DNA of 64,000 nt, taken from the NCBI GenBank assembly GCA_963717365.1, contig OY970327.1, forward strand, positions 395,599 to 459,598, read 5' to 3'. The notes under the pieces were generated by a model that did no database searches, was not told the DNA's origin, and worked only from the letters and a program-made list of their open reading frames with translations. The stretch's first letter is position 1. Each line of letters starts with the position of its first letter. The translations under genes and the position numbers were made by a program. The stretch comes from Candidatus Saccharimonadia bacterium. GTDB lineage: Bacteria; Patescibacteriota; Saccharimonadia; Saccharimonadales; 2-12-FULL-41-12. Shown piece by piece: positions 17,038 through 26,296 of the stretch.

Positions 17038-19617
17038 ATGTCACTTTCTCAATTTATGTCGATGCATGGCTCCAAGATGGGTTATTTAGAAACTACATTT
17101 TTAAATAATGTCTATTTTACGGACTACGGTGACAGTGGATTAGAGTTTATCACCCCAGAAGTTGAAATTGACCGTAACGATGGAACGAACCGAACCTGGA
17201 GAATCGATTTTGTTGTTGAAACAAAAAATAGAAAATATGCAATTGAATGTGATGGTTTTAATTATCACGCCCCTGGGATGGTTTCTAAAGAGAGATTTAA
17301 TGAACTTGAACAAAAGAGAAATGAAACCGTCCGACAAGGTTTTCTTCCGGTTAGCCTATCTCGAGATCAAATAGTAGATGAGCCGCATGAAGCGATCTAT
17401 CAGCTAAGACGCATGTTTAATGCCGATCCCGAACTTTACAATATATTTCTTAAGCGAGTGTCAGACCAAATATCTCCGCATGAAGTTCAGCAAAAAGCCC
17501 TGGAAGCACTTGAGGACGCTAGAGAACAAGAGCAAAACAAGGGCTTAGTCGTCCTTGCAACTGGTTTAGGCAAAACCTACTTAAGCGCGTTTGATGCTAA
17601 AGCAGCAGCCGCGAAGCGAATTTTATTCGTAGTACATGTTGATCATATTCTTAAGCAAGCGAAAAATTCCTTTGAAGATGTTATGCCTACTCGAGCTGAC
17701 GAAATGGCATTTTTTAACGGTAGTAATAAGAATATCGAGGGAAAAAATATAATTTTCTCTACGATTCAAACTCTTACTCGAGAGAAAAACTTATCACAGT
17801 TCACGGCTGATAGTTTCGACTACATTATTATGGATGAGTCTCATCATGCTGCGGCTCCCAGCTACAAGCGTGTGCTTGAATATTTTAAGCCAAAATTCCT
17901 GCTTGGTTTGACCGCAACCCCAGTGAGGATGGACGAACAAGACATATTGCCTTTCTATAACGACAATTTGGTGTTTGAAATGAACCAAGCTGACGCAATT
18001 AAACAGGGCTATCTAGCTAGTCTCAACTATAAGGGCTTTAAAGATAACGTAGACTATTCCAATATTTTCTATAATGGCTTCCGGTACGATGTTAATGATT
18101 TAAATAAGTCGCTCATGATTGAACGCCGCGACCAAGCCGTGCTTTCAAAATTTGAAGAGCTTGCTGCAGGTAAGAAAACTATTGGCTTCTGCGTCTCAAT
18201 AGAACATGCTGAATGGTCCGCCAACCACTTTAGAAAAAACGGCATCGATGCGGTTGCAATTCATTCCAAAATTGAAGCCGGCAATTCGCATGATTATCAA
18301 ACTGCCAGCGAAATAATTGAAGCATTTGATAAAAATAATCATCAAGTTGCTTTTGTGGTAGATATGCTTAATGAGGGCATCGACATACCTGACGTTGAGT
18401 GTTTACTTATGCTCAGGCCCACCGAGTCTAACGCAATACTCACGCAGCAAATTGGCAGAGGGCTAAGAATAGCACCCCTAAAGGATGAGGTCTTAGTCTT
18501 GGATTTTATTGGTAATTACCAAACAGCACCGCGCATTCTAACTGGTTTAGGAGTTAACAACGTTGGAGACCTAAAAGAAGATAAAGAAAAAGGAATTTAC
18601 TATTATGAAAACGAGGGCAGGCGGGTAGAATTCGAGAGTGAAGTTGTAGATATATTCAAATTTATGCTTAGCCGTTCGTCTCGCAGTGTCAGAGAAGAGC
18701 TTATTGAAGATCACTGGAAAGAATATGGCAGTTATCTAGAAGAAAACACAAAAACTGGCAATAGCCTTTTCTGGAGTGTTGGGAAGAAGAATAATCACCT
18801 TGGGGTACATCTTTGGGCATTAGATTTCTTGGTAAACAATGCGGATAATTACTCCACTAACGAAGAACTGTCTGAAGAATTAAAAAAAGCGTCTGTTGAG
18901 CAATTTCCAGATAAGACAATGGAAGGTATTAGAGCATTATTTTTTAGTAAACTAATCGGTTTACTAGTTAGCACAAACCCGATCAAAACATCGTCCGCTT
19001 ATCAAAGTATTGTAGCTAGTGGCAAACAGCTACAGGACCAAGCTGCTATTGATAATTTGGTGACCAATCAGCTAGAAAAATATTATTTTTGGAATGATAA
19101 CTTTAGTTTAACGAACCGACATGAAACTAGCGGTAATGGCAGAATTAGAAAAGTGGATGAGCTATTTCATATTTATCCGTTATTCTTTATTTATGAGGTT
19201 ATTATTCGATTACATGACCTGGGATACACCAGTGACCATCTAACAAAGTTTGAGGTAAACACCTTTCTGGCATTAGCTAGAACTAATGATGAAGTGCGCG
19301 CTGTCGTAGATAGAATTATGCAGTATCGTGAACATGAAGAAATATATGAACTTGAGAAATATTTAAAACAAAAATCTGGTATGGATGCTCGATTCTTCAA
19401 AGTTTTACAATATTCTAAATACTTTGCATACTCGCCAGACAGAATAGGGCTTAAGTCCGATTATTTTGGAGAAGTGTCTACTAAGGTTTCAGAGTTCAGA
19501 AAGTTACGGAAAAATAACAAGCTTATTGAATTTACTAAAACGCAGCCCGCTCGCTATATGAAATTACTGTTTTCTTCTGACGACCTGATAACGTATCATG
19601 TTCTGCGTAATCAGTAA
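17038..19617 (+). CDS. DUF559/Vsr-like endonuclease domain fused to an SF2 (ResIII/DEAD-type) helicase plus a ~330-aa uncharacterised C-terminal domain
   Basis: N-terminus WRIDFVVETKNRKYAIECDGFNYH (D...ExDG..H pattern). Helicase motifs ATGLGKT, MDESHH, GLTATP and QQIGRGLR. The C-terminus is unassigned. Confidence 0.85.
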   Translation: MSLSQFMSMHGSKMGYLETTFLNNVYFTDYGDSGLEFITPEVEIDRNDGTNRTWRIDFVVETKNRKYAIECDGFNYHAPGMVSKERFNELEQKRNETVRQGFLPVSLSRDQIVDEPHEAIYQLRRMFNADPELYNIFLKRVSDQISPHEVQQKALEALEDAREQEQNKGLVVLATGLGKTYLSAFDAKAAAAKRILFVVHVDHILKQAKNSFEDVMPTRADEMAFFNGSNKNIEGKNIIFSTIQTLTREKNLSQFTADSFDYIIMDESHHAAAPSYKRVLEYFKPKFLLGLTATPVRMDEQDILPFYNDNLVFEMNQADAIKQGYLASLNYKGFKDNVDYSNIFYNGFRYDVNDLNKSLMIERRDQAVLSKFEELAAGKKTIGFCVSIEHAEWSANHFRKNGIDAVAIHSKIEAGNSHDYQTASEIIEAFDKNNHQVAFVVDMLNEGIDIPDVECLLMLRPTESNAILTQQIGRGLRIAPLKDEVLVLDFIGNYQTAPRILTGLGVNNVGDLKEDKEKGIYYYENEGRRVEFESEVVDIFKFMLSRSSRSVREELIEDHWKEYGSYLEENTKTGNSLFWSVGKKNNHLGVHLWALDFLVNNADNYSTNEELSEELKKASVEQFPDKTMEGIRALFFSKLIGLLVSTNPIKTSSAYQSIVASGKQLQDQAAIDNLVTNQLEKYYFWNDNFSLTNRHETSGNGRIRKVDELFHIYPLFFIYEVIIRLHDLGYTSDHLTKFEVNTFLALARTNDEVRAVVDRIMQYREHEEIYELEKYLKQKSGMDARFFKVLQYSKYFAYSPDRIGLKSDYFGEVSTKVSEFRKLRKNNKLIEFTKTQPARYMKLLFSSDDLITYHVLRNQ

Positions 19618-20659
19618 TGTGGAGCTTAATCTCATCCGCCAAAGCCTTTGCCATCATGGGTGGAACTGCATTTCCAACTTGCAACATTTGATTAGTTTTA
19701 GGGCCATAAAACCTAAAATTATCAGGAAATGATTGAAGCCTGGCCGCTTCTCTTACTGTGATACACCTGTCTTGGTGTGCCAGCGTAAACTGTCCGGATG
19801 CAGGCGTGTCAAATCTGGTAGTAATGGTGCGAGCAAAGCCGGCGGGATTAATCCGGCTCCAGGTGCCGCTATGGATTGATTTGGTTCTGTGTTCAAACGG
19901 TAAGTCCGCTTTAGTTCCTCCTATTGGGATATAAGCAAGACGCTCTAAGGCAATTAGACTGTGCTTGGTTGCTATGTGGTTCCATATACCGCTGGAGTTT
20001 TTGCGCATGTTTTTCTGATAGCTTGAGCGGGGCGAATAAGTATAGGGCATAAACTCAGCCCCCTCACCCGATCTAAGTTTTGGTAAGTCATTAATTGCTT
20101 CAGCTACTGATGTACTAACGCCGTTACCGTCAGGTAAATCAAAATCGAGTTTAATTTTTCGTCCTAAAAAAACAGCTCGGCGGCGCGTTTGAGGAACTCC
20201 AAAATTTTCTGCTTTAAGTATTTTTGCTTTTACGTCGTAGCCCAGATTACCGAATAATTCGATGATTTGTTTTTTAAAATAACCTTTTTCCGCAGTTAGA
20301 ATAGTAGGCACATTTTCTAATAAAAAGAATTCAGGCTGCACAATATCAACAACTTTTACAAACTGCTGAAACATAAAGTTCCGTTTATCATAGATCCCAG
20401 TTCTTTTACCTTTTTGAGAAAAACCCTGGCAGGGTGGTCCACCCATTACTACCGTTATTTTGTTTTGGTAAGGACCAAACACTTTTTCAAAATCTAAATC
20501 ACATATATCAGAGGAATCTACTAACGTATCTGGATGATTTTTTTTGTAGGAGTCAGCAATTGTCTGGTCATATTCATTCGCAAATACTATCTTGAATCCA
20601 GCTTGGGAAAAACCAAGTGATAATCCTCCTACACCGGCAAATAAATCAATCACATTCAT
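19535..20659 (-). CDS. DNA (cytosine-5)-methyltransferase
   Basis: Motifs DLFAGVGGLS (I), GGPPCQGFS (IV), ENV (VI) and QVGNAVPP (X). Confidence 0.9.
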   Translation of the reverse strand: MNVIDLFAGVGGLSLGFSQAGFKIVFANEYDQTIADSYKKNHPDTLVDSSDICDLDFEKVFGPYQNKITVVMGGPPCQGFSQKGKRTGIYDKRNFMFQQFVKVVDIVQPEFFLLENVPTILTAEKGYFKKQIIELFGNLGYDVKAKILKAENFGVPQTRRRAVFLGRKIKLDFDLPDGNGVSTSVAEAINDLPKLRSGEGAEFMPYTYSPRSSYQKNMRKNSSGIWNHIATKHSLIALERLAYIPIGGTKADLPFEHRTKSIHSGTWSRINPAGFARTITTRFDTPASGQFTLAHQDRCITVREAARLQSFPDNFRFYGPKTNQMLQVGNAVPPMMAKALADEIKLHITDYAEHDTLSGRQKKTVISYSERAAF

Positions 20660-21411
20660 AATAATTTAGGAGTTTTTAATAAGTCGATTATTCTCTGTAA
20701 CGCAATTTTATAATAATCTTCTTCAAGCTCTATGCCATGAAATTTTCGATTCATATTTACAGCCGCAACACCGGTTGATCCGCTACCCATAAAAGGATCT
20801 ATCACCGTCTCGCCCTCATCGGTCAATATGTTAATAAAATGCTCCAGTAGTGCCACTGGTTTTTGAGTTGGATGTTTCCCGTACTTCTTTTCTTTAGCGC
20901 CAATAACAGAAGATTCAAAATAATCATGAATTACTTTACCTTTATTATTAAATTTTCCTGTCTTAGCTCCATTTACAAAATAAATCCATGCTTCAGTAGA
21001 GTTAACAAAATGCAGATTCATATTACGTGGCATTGGATTTGTTTTATGCCATATACCGGTAGTTTTATAATAAAATCCGTTTTGTTGTGCTAGCTTAATT
21101 ATTGTTTCTACCTTCATAAGTGAAACAAATACAATTGCAGCTCCACTTTTTTTTAGCACACGAGCTGACTCTTTAAAGAATTGATCCATGTGCAGCTCCC
21201 ATTCTGTTTGCTCAATATGATCCCAATTACTGGCAGCAAAATGATTTGCACGCAGAGCGCCTAAATTTGTATCTCGACCCTGCATGAATAAGCCAAGGTT
21301 GTAAGGGGGGTCAGTTAATAATAAGTCCACCACACTTTCGTTGATTTCTGTCATTTTTTGCACACAGTCACCCATAGCAAGAGTGCAGTCTTTAGTAAGC
21401 TGGCTTTGCAT
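20656..21411 (-). CDS. beta-class amino DNA methyltransferase (N6-adenine or N4-cytosine)
   Basis: TDPPYNLG (motif IV) precedes DPFMGSGSTGVAA (motif I). Start placed at the ATG at 21411; the track uses a TTG at 21456. There is a 4-nt overlap with the C5-MTase start. Confidence 0.85.
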   Translation of the reverse strand: MQSQLTKDCTLAMGDCVQKMTEINESVVDLLLTDPPYNLGLFMQGRDTNLGALRANHFAASNWDHIEQTEWELHMDQFFKESARVLKKSGAAIVFVSLMKVETIIKLAQQNGFYYKTTGIWHKTNPMPRNMNLHFVNSTEAWIYFVNGAKTGKFNNKGKVIHDYFESSVIGAKEKKYGKHPTQKPVALLEHFINILTDEGETVIDPFMGSGSTGVAAVNMNRKFHGIELEEDYYKIALQRIIDLLKTPKLL

Positions 21412-21499
21412 ATTACTAATATTATACTGTTTATACTGGCGCAGGACTATCAACAAAGAATAAAAAGTATTATGTTATTGTATTTTGAACTGAAAATCT

Positions 21500-21868
21500 T
21501 TACTTAACTAAATTCCCACTAGTATCAAAAAACAGATTATCCCGAGTACTAAACCCTTCACACGTAGTTGATCTGTTTTTCCCCGACTCCAATACAATAC
21601 CGTCTACGATATTACTGCTTCGCAGATCGTAATATCCATAGCACCCGCCTACTTTGTCGTCACTCTTATCCAAGCAACGGGCGTGATTAGCACCATCTTG
21701 ATAATGACAGCTATAATTTGCTGCTTTTTGTGTCTCACTAATAGGGCGGGTAGAATCGCTTTGCGGCTGCGGTTCGTTTTTAGTAAGGACATATACAGCC
21801 GCGACAACACCCAGTATCAGCACAGCAGCAGCAATCAGTTTTAAAATTTTATTTTTAGCCATAGGCAC
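21500..21868 (-). CDS. hypothetical membrane-anchored/secreted Cys-containing protein
   Basis: N-terminal TM/signal anchor ILKLIAAAVLILGVVAAVYVL. No recognised domain. Confidence 0.55.
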   Translation of the reverse strand: MPMAKNKILKLIAAAVLILGVVAAVYVLTKNEPQPQSDSTRPISETQKAANYSCHYQDGANHARCLDKSDDKVGGCYGYYDLRSSNIVDGIVLESGKNRSTTCEGFSTRDNLFFDTSGNLVK

Positions 21869-21911
21869 AGTATACCTAGTTTACTTATAGTGTTAGTAAT
21901 TATTTTTCTAT

Positions 21912-22442
21912 TTATGTTTCGGCGGTTACTATGCGACCATGCACAGTATCGTCGGCAGCGACTCGATCAAAACCAGTAACAGACAGTAGCCATGTTTTAG
22001 CGTAACTTTGGGCAATTTTTATATCACCGTAAACGGGACGTAAACTTGCAACACGGGCGATGTCGACGCCACACACCGCGATAGTGCCGGCTTCCCTGAT
22101 GGACAGATCCAGCTCACCGGCCAACATCCCGTATTCTTCTGTTGGGTGTGCGCAATCAACAGAAATATCGCCCTCATTGGTGCTAATGCATAGTTTTGAA
22201 AGTATAGTGTCGACCGGCAGCCGTATTCTAAGACAAGCTTCTTGCTCGTCACCTTCAGAGGAGTCCACCTGGTTAACTATCAATTGCTTGTTAATGCGGT
22301 CATGCACAAAGCACTCCGGCGGCATAGCTTCGAGCACCGCTTCAAACAGAGAAGGATCGGTTACAACCTTTACTTCTGTATTATGTACATTTATATAGAT
22401 TTCTCGAAGAATTTCCGTAGTGCACTGCGGTGCTATAGCCAT
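21912..22442 (-). CDS. hypothetical protein
   Basis: 176-aa ORF. The overlapping ORFs in other frames look like artefacts. No motif recognised. Confidence 0.55.
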   Translation of the reverse strand: MAIAPQCTTEILREIYINVHNTEVKVVTDPSLFEAVLEAMPPECFVHDRINKQLIVNQVDSSEGDEQEACLRIRLPVDTILSKLCISTNEGDISVDCAHPTEEYGMLAGELDLSIREAGTIAVCGVDIARVASLRPVYGDIKIAQSYAKTWLLSVTGFDRVAADDTVHGRIVTAET

Positions 22443-22654
22443 AGTTATATTATTATATCATAAATATTATTTATAAGCAATTTGTGGGCTTAAATGGTAA
22501 AAAGACATTGCTGTGACAGAATTTTTTATTATCGCCTTATACCGAACCTAACATATTCATGTACAAGCGACCCACCAAAGAAAAAACGAGAGAAAATCTC
22601 TCAAGTAAGTTCTAAGGTGGGTCGCGTACGACTAGCTAGTTGGTGTAGGCGGAC

Positions 22655-23374
22655 CTACTTGGGCTTGTTCGAGTTCTCCTCGCCGGTGTCCATGCTGACC
22701 TGCCCGTTGCGAACGGTGGGGCGACGCTCGGAGTTGCGTCGGCTGTAGAGCTCAACGCCCTCGAGCTTGGCGCCGTCGCGTCCGTTGTGGATGACGGCCG
22801 GCACGAAGGTGTAGACGTTGTCGTCGCGGTTGGCGTTGACAGCCTCGACAGCGATCATGTCCGGATGGTTGGTCGGAACGACCTGGTGCTCACCCGGGAT
22901 GACGTAGGTCGAGACCTGGTAGCGGTAGAACGACCCGGTGCCACTGTTCTTGGCGGAGTAGACCACCGGAACGATGGACTTGATGTTCGGCTTCAGCCGA
23001 GCGACGATGACCTCCTGGGGGAGATCCTTGCCGCCAGCCACCTTGTCGCCCGAAACGTGCACGACCGCGCCATCGTTGGTGCGGTTCGAGAAGTCGTGGG
23101 GATGCTGGGTGGTGCCGAAGCACGATACGACCTCGACGTGACCGTCGGTGTACTCCACGAGGGCGTACAGGTCGTAGTCCTTCTTGCCCCACGTCGTGAT
23201 GAGGGTGTAGACGCCGCCTGGCGACTTCTTCATCAGCATCGTCTCACCCTGGGTGACCTTCTTCGTCGTCATCATGCCGGAGCCAGGAGGCGCCTGCGGG
23301 GATGCCGAGGGAGCGGAAGCCTGGGGAGCCGATGCAGGCGGGGCAGTCTTCTTCATCTTATCCATGAAACCCAT
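22655..23374 (-). CDS. GC-rich foreign gene; possible TerD-domain stress protein with a Pro/Ala/Ser-rich N-terminus
   Basis: 239 aa with codons strongly G/C-ending. By-eye alignment to the TerD pattern: WGKKDYDLYAL, DGAVVHVSGDKVAGG..EVIVARL, VVYSA. The CDS call is solid; the product call is tentative. Confidence 0.6.
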   Translation of the reverse strand: MGFMDKMKKTAPPASAPQASAPSASPQAPPGSGMMTTKKVTQGETMLMKKSPGGVYTLITTWGKKDYDLYALVEYTDGHVEVVSCFGTTQHPHDFSNRTNDGAVVHVSGDKVAGGKDLPQEVIVARLKPNIKSIVPVVYSAKNSGTGSFYRYQVSTYVIPGEHQVVPTNHPDMIAVEAVNANRDDNVYTFVPAVIHNGRDGAKLEGVELYSRRNSERRPTVRNGQVSMDTGEENSNKPK

Positions 23375-23568
23375 GTGTTTGCTACCTTTCGCTAGTCGTG
23401 TTCTGAACTCTGATTAGAGTCAGTAAAATGCGATAAACAAATTGTGAAGGTTCATATGACCACCTCTGATGGGCAATCCTTCATATTATACATTAATATA
23501 CTTAAATTTACAAATAGATGAGGTAGCCCAGTCTAGGAAAGTTACATTAAGTTTACGAGAAAGGTTGC

Positions 23569-24003
23569 TTAGCGCCGGTAATTTTCTAAGTATGAATTAA
23601 CATTCTCGATATCGCTGCCGACGTAGGCATAGGTATCTGGTCCTATGTCACAAAAATGCTTTACTGTAAAAGGTTGCACCGTGCTCTCGTCTTCAAAGAT
23701 AATTACTACCTGGTAAATCTCTTTATGTAGTACTCGCCTGAGTAAATTCTTTTCCACACATAGTGCTGTGAAGAGATCTCTTCGGGTATTAACTTCCTCA
23801 TCTTCTACAAAATCAGGGGTATCGAACACATATAACTTAGTTGCTCTATCATTCGGCTCACATAGCACAGCTAATGATTTATCTTGATACTTTGATTCAC
23901 TACTATACACGGGGAAGATATGAGTTCTACCGGGCAACAATAACATTGTATTTTGTTTAGGAACGGGGAGGGTTTCATTTATAAGAAATGAGGGCATAGT
24001 CAA
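23569..24003 (-). CDS. hypothetical protein
   Basis: 144-aa ORF with no recognised motif. Confidence 0.5.
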   Translation of the reverse strand: MTMPSFLINETLPVPKQNTMLLLPGRTHIFPVYSSESKYQDKSLAVLCEPNDRATKLYVFDTPDFVEDEEVNTRRDLFTALCVEKNLLRRVLHKEIYQVVIIFEDESTVQPFTVKHFCDIGPDTYAYVGSDIENVNSYLENYRR

Positions 24004-24050
24004 ATAGTATCAATTCTAGCATTAAAATAATACTGCTAAGACATACGGGG

Positions 24051-24518
24051 CTAACCCCTACTACGCCTAACTTCTACCATGCCCGGTGCACGACCATCAG
24101 GAAGTTGTGGACTATTACAAACTGTTACGGTAATGGTACGTCCAGCTTTTGCGGCGCGCATCGTTAAAGGACCCAGGCAACCTTGGGTGAGAATAGAGAT
24201 GCCCTTAGTAGCTTCATCGCGAGCTAGTTCAATATTATCAAGCATTTGTGCCGCCCCGATACGTAGACCTTTAGCTATATTCTCTGGTGAAGCAACTTCT
24301 TCAACGCCATCAACTTCCGGGTCTATAATGCCAGCTTGTTTGAGACTTTCAAATATTGCTGGGGCAACCGCGGAATCAAAGCTATCGTCAACAACCGATT
24401 TTTCAATAGTTTCTGCCATATTTTTCATCGATTCATCAATACCGATTGCATACACAACATCAGGACAGCCATCACAATTTCCCGTACAAAGTTCACTCAT
24501 AATTAACATATTATACAA
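24051..24518 (-). CDS. hypothetical protein (N-terminal CTGNCDGCPD cluster)
   Basis: 155-aa ORF. It is preferred over the antisense 24079-24612 ORF, which is Ser-rich and low-complexity. Confidence 0.5.
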   Translation of the reverse strand: MYNMLIMSELCTGNCDGCPDVVYAIGIDESMKNMAETIEKSVVDDSFDSAVAPAIFESLKQAGIIDPEVDGVEEVASPENIAKGLRIGAAQMLDNIELARDEATKGISILTQGCLGPLTMRAAKAGRTITVTVCNSPQLPDGRAPGMVEVRRSRG

Positions 24519-24643
24519 AATTACTTATATAGATGCAAATGCATGTCCTTATAGTATTACAGTCCACGAAATGAGCAATATGGCGATAATATTTATAGAT
24601 GCAATGGTATAGTTAATCATAAGCATAACCATAAGGAACAGAC

Positions 24644-26260
24644 ATGGCCCTGACTGACCAGCCAATCTGGCAGCAATTAGCAAATTATCAGCAAGCACAC
24701 CAAGGCCGCAATTTACGCCAATTGTTTGCCGAAGACGCCGAACGGGGTACAAAATTTGGGCTGCAAGCCGGTGACATCTACTTGGATTTCTCAAAAAATC
24801 TGATTGATACCGATGGGCTAAAGATGCTGTTTGAACTGGCGCGGACACAAGGGGTAGAGACTAAGCGCGACGCAATGTTTGGCGGCCAGCATATTAATAC
24901 CACGGAAGACCGGGCGGTACTCCATACGGCGCTCCGCAATCAAGCCGATCAGCCGGTTATGGTGGACGGCACTGATGTTATGCCGCAGATCCACCGAGTT
25001 TTAGAACGCATGACAGCTATAAGCACGGTTGTACGCCATCAGGGTTGGTTGGGACACACCGGGAAACCAATTAAAAATGTTATTAATATTGGCATTGGCG
25101 GTTCGGATCTTGGACCTGTAATGACTACTGAGGCACTAAAGTATTATAGCCAGAGTGATATTATTATCCGTTTTGTTTCTAATGTTGATGGTACGCATAT
25201 GGCGGAAGCAATCAAGGATCTTGATCCGGCGGAAACGTTGTTTATCATCGCTTCAAAGACCTTTACAACTGATGAGACGATGACCAATGCCCAGACAGCC
25301 AGGGGCTGGATCGTGAACGCCCTGCATGATCAAGGAGCGGTGGCTAAACATTTTATCGCTCTTTCTACCAACCGCGAGAAGGTTACAGAATTCGGCATTC
25401 ATCCAGATAATATGCTAGAAATGTGGGATTGGATTGGCGGCCGTTATTCTTTAACCAGCGCGATAGGCTTATCAACTATGGTCGCTGTTGGCCCTGATCA
25501 CTTCAAAGACATGCTTAAAGGTTTTTATTCGATGGATGAGCATTTTAAAACCGCGCCCCTTGAACAAAACGCCCCGGTAATTCTTGGTTTATTGGGCGTT
25601 TGGTACAGTAGTTTTTATGGAGCCGAGACCGAAGCTATATTGCCGTATGATCAATATCTGCATCGATTTCCAGCCTATTTGCAACAGGCGAGTATGGAAA
25701 GTAACGGCAAGAGCGTAGACCTGTCAGGTAACATGGTTAATTATCGAACGGCACCAATTGTCTGGGGTGAACCTGGCACAAACGGCCAGCATGCCTTTTA
25801 CCAATTACTTCATCAGGGAACGCATTTAATACCATGTGATTTTATTGGCTTCGCCCACCCACTCAACCGAATAGGCGTCCACCACCGTAAACTAATCGCC
25901 AATATGTTTGCTCAAAGCGAAGCGCTGGCTTTTGGAAAAACCCGGGACGAAGTAATGAACGACATCGTTCCCGACACGCTAGTGCCCCATAAAACTTTCC
26001 CTGGCAATCAGCCCAGCAACACGCTGCTCTTAACGATGCTTACTCCGCATACACTTGGACAACTGATTGCGCTATATGAGCATAAAATATTTGTACAAGG
26101 AGCGGTCTGGAATATAAATTCGTTCGACCAGTGGGGTGTGGAACTGGGCAAAGCCCTGGCAAAAGGAATTTATCCTGAGCTTGAAATCAATATGAAGGGC
26201 TATCACGATAGTTCAACCCGCAACTTAATGAGCATGTACCGGAATCTGACCGGTAATTAG
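24644..26260 (+). CDS. pgi: glucose-6-phosphate isomerase
   Basis: 538 aa with the conserved blocks [23 protein letters not shown] and SMESNGK. Confidence 0.95.
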   Translation: MALTDQPIWQQLANYQQAHQGRNLRQLFAEDAERGTKFGLQAGDIYLDFSKNLIDTDGLKMLFELARTQGVETKRDAMFGGQHINTTEDRAVLHTALRNQADQPVMVDGTDVMPQIHRVLERMTAISTVVRHQGWLGHTGKPIKNVINIGIGGSDLGPVMTTEALKYYSQSDIIIRFVSNVDGTHMAEAIKDLDPAETLFIIASKTFTTDETMTNAQTARGWIVNALHDQGAVAKHFIALSTNREKVTEFGIHPDNMLEMWDWIGGRYSLTSAIGLSTMVAVGPDHFKDMLKGFYSMDEHFKTAPLEQNAPVILGLLGVWYSSFYGAETEAILPYDQYLHRFPAYLQQASMESNGKSVDLSGNMVNYRTAPIVWGEPGTNGQHAFYQLLHQGTHLIPCDFIGFAHPLNRIGVHHRKLIANMFAQSEALAFGKTRDEVMNDIVPDTLVPHKTFPGNQPSNTLLLTMLTPHTLGQLIALYEHKIFVQGAVWNINSFDQWGVELGKALAKGIYPELEINMKGYHDSSTRNLMSMYRNLTGN

Positions 26261-26296
26261 ATAGCGTTACTACAAATATGAATATATGTTGTTGTT

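Larger units (their letters stand above)
16801..24600. mobile_element. tRNA-Gln-associated accessory island with no integrase seen (possibly decayed)
   Basis: It is bounded by tRNA-Gln with the att-like repeat on the left and core pgi on the right. It contains R-M-type genes, orphan ORFs and a compositionally foreign gene. The right border is not defined by a repeat. Confidence 0.35.

Noticed and set aside
22787-23395. 202-aa + strand ORF and 100-aa minus-strand alternative-frame ORF (22890-23192) overlapping the TerD-like gene.
   Set aside because: Their Arg/Gly/Asp/Val-rich low-complexity translations are typical of off-frame reading of high-GC DNA. The 22655-23374 frame has sensible composition and GC3 bias.
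24079-24612. 177-aa + strand ORF antisense to 24051-24518.
   Set aside because: The translation is Ser/Ala/Ile-rich and low-complexity, and it runs into the pgi promoter region. The minus-strand frame looks more protein-like, though neither frame is certain.
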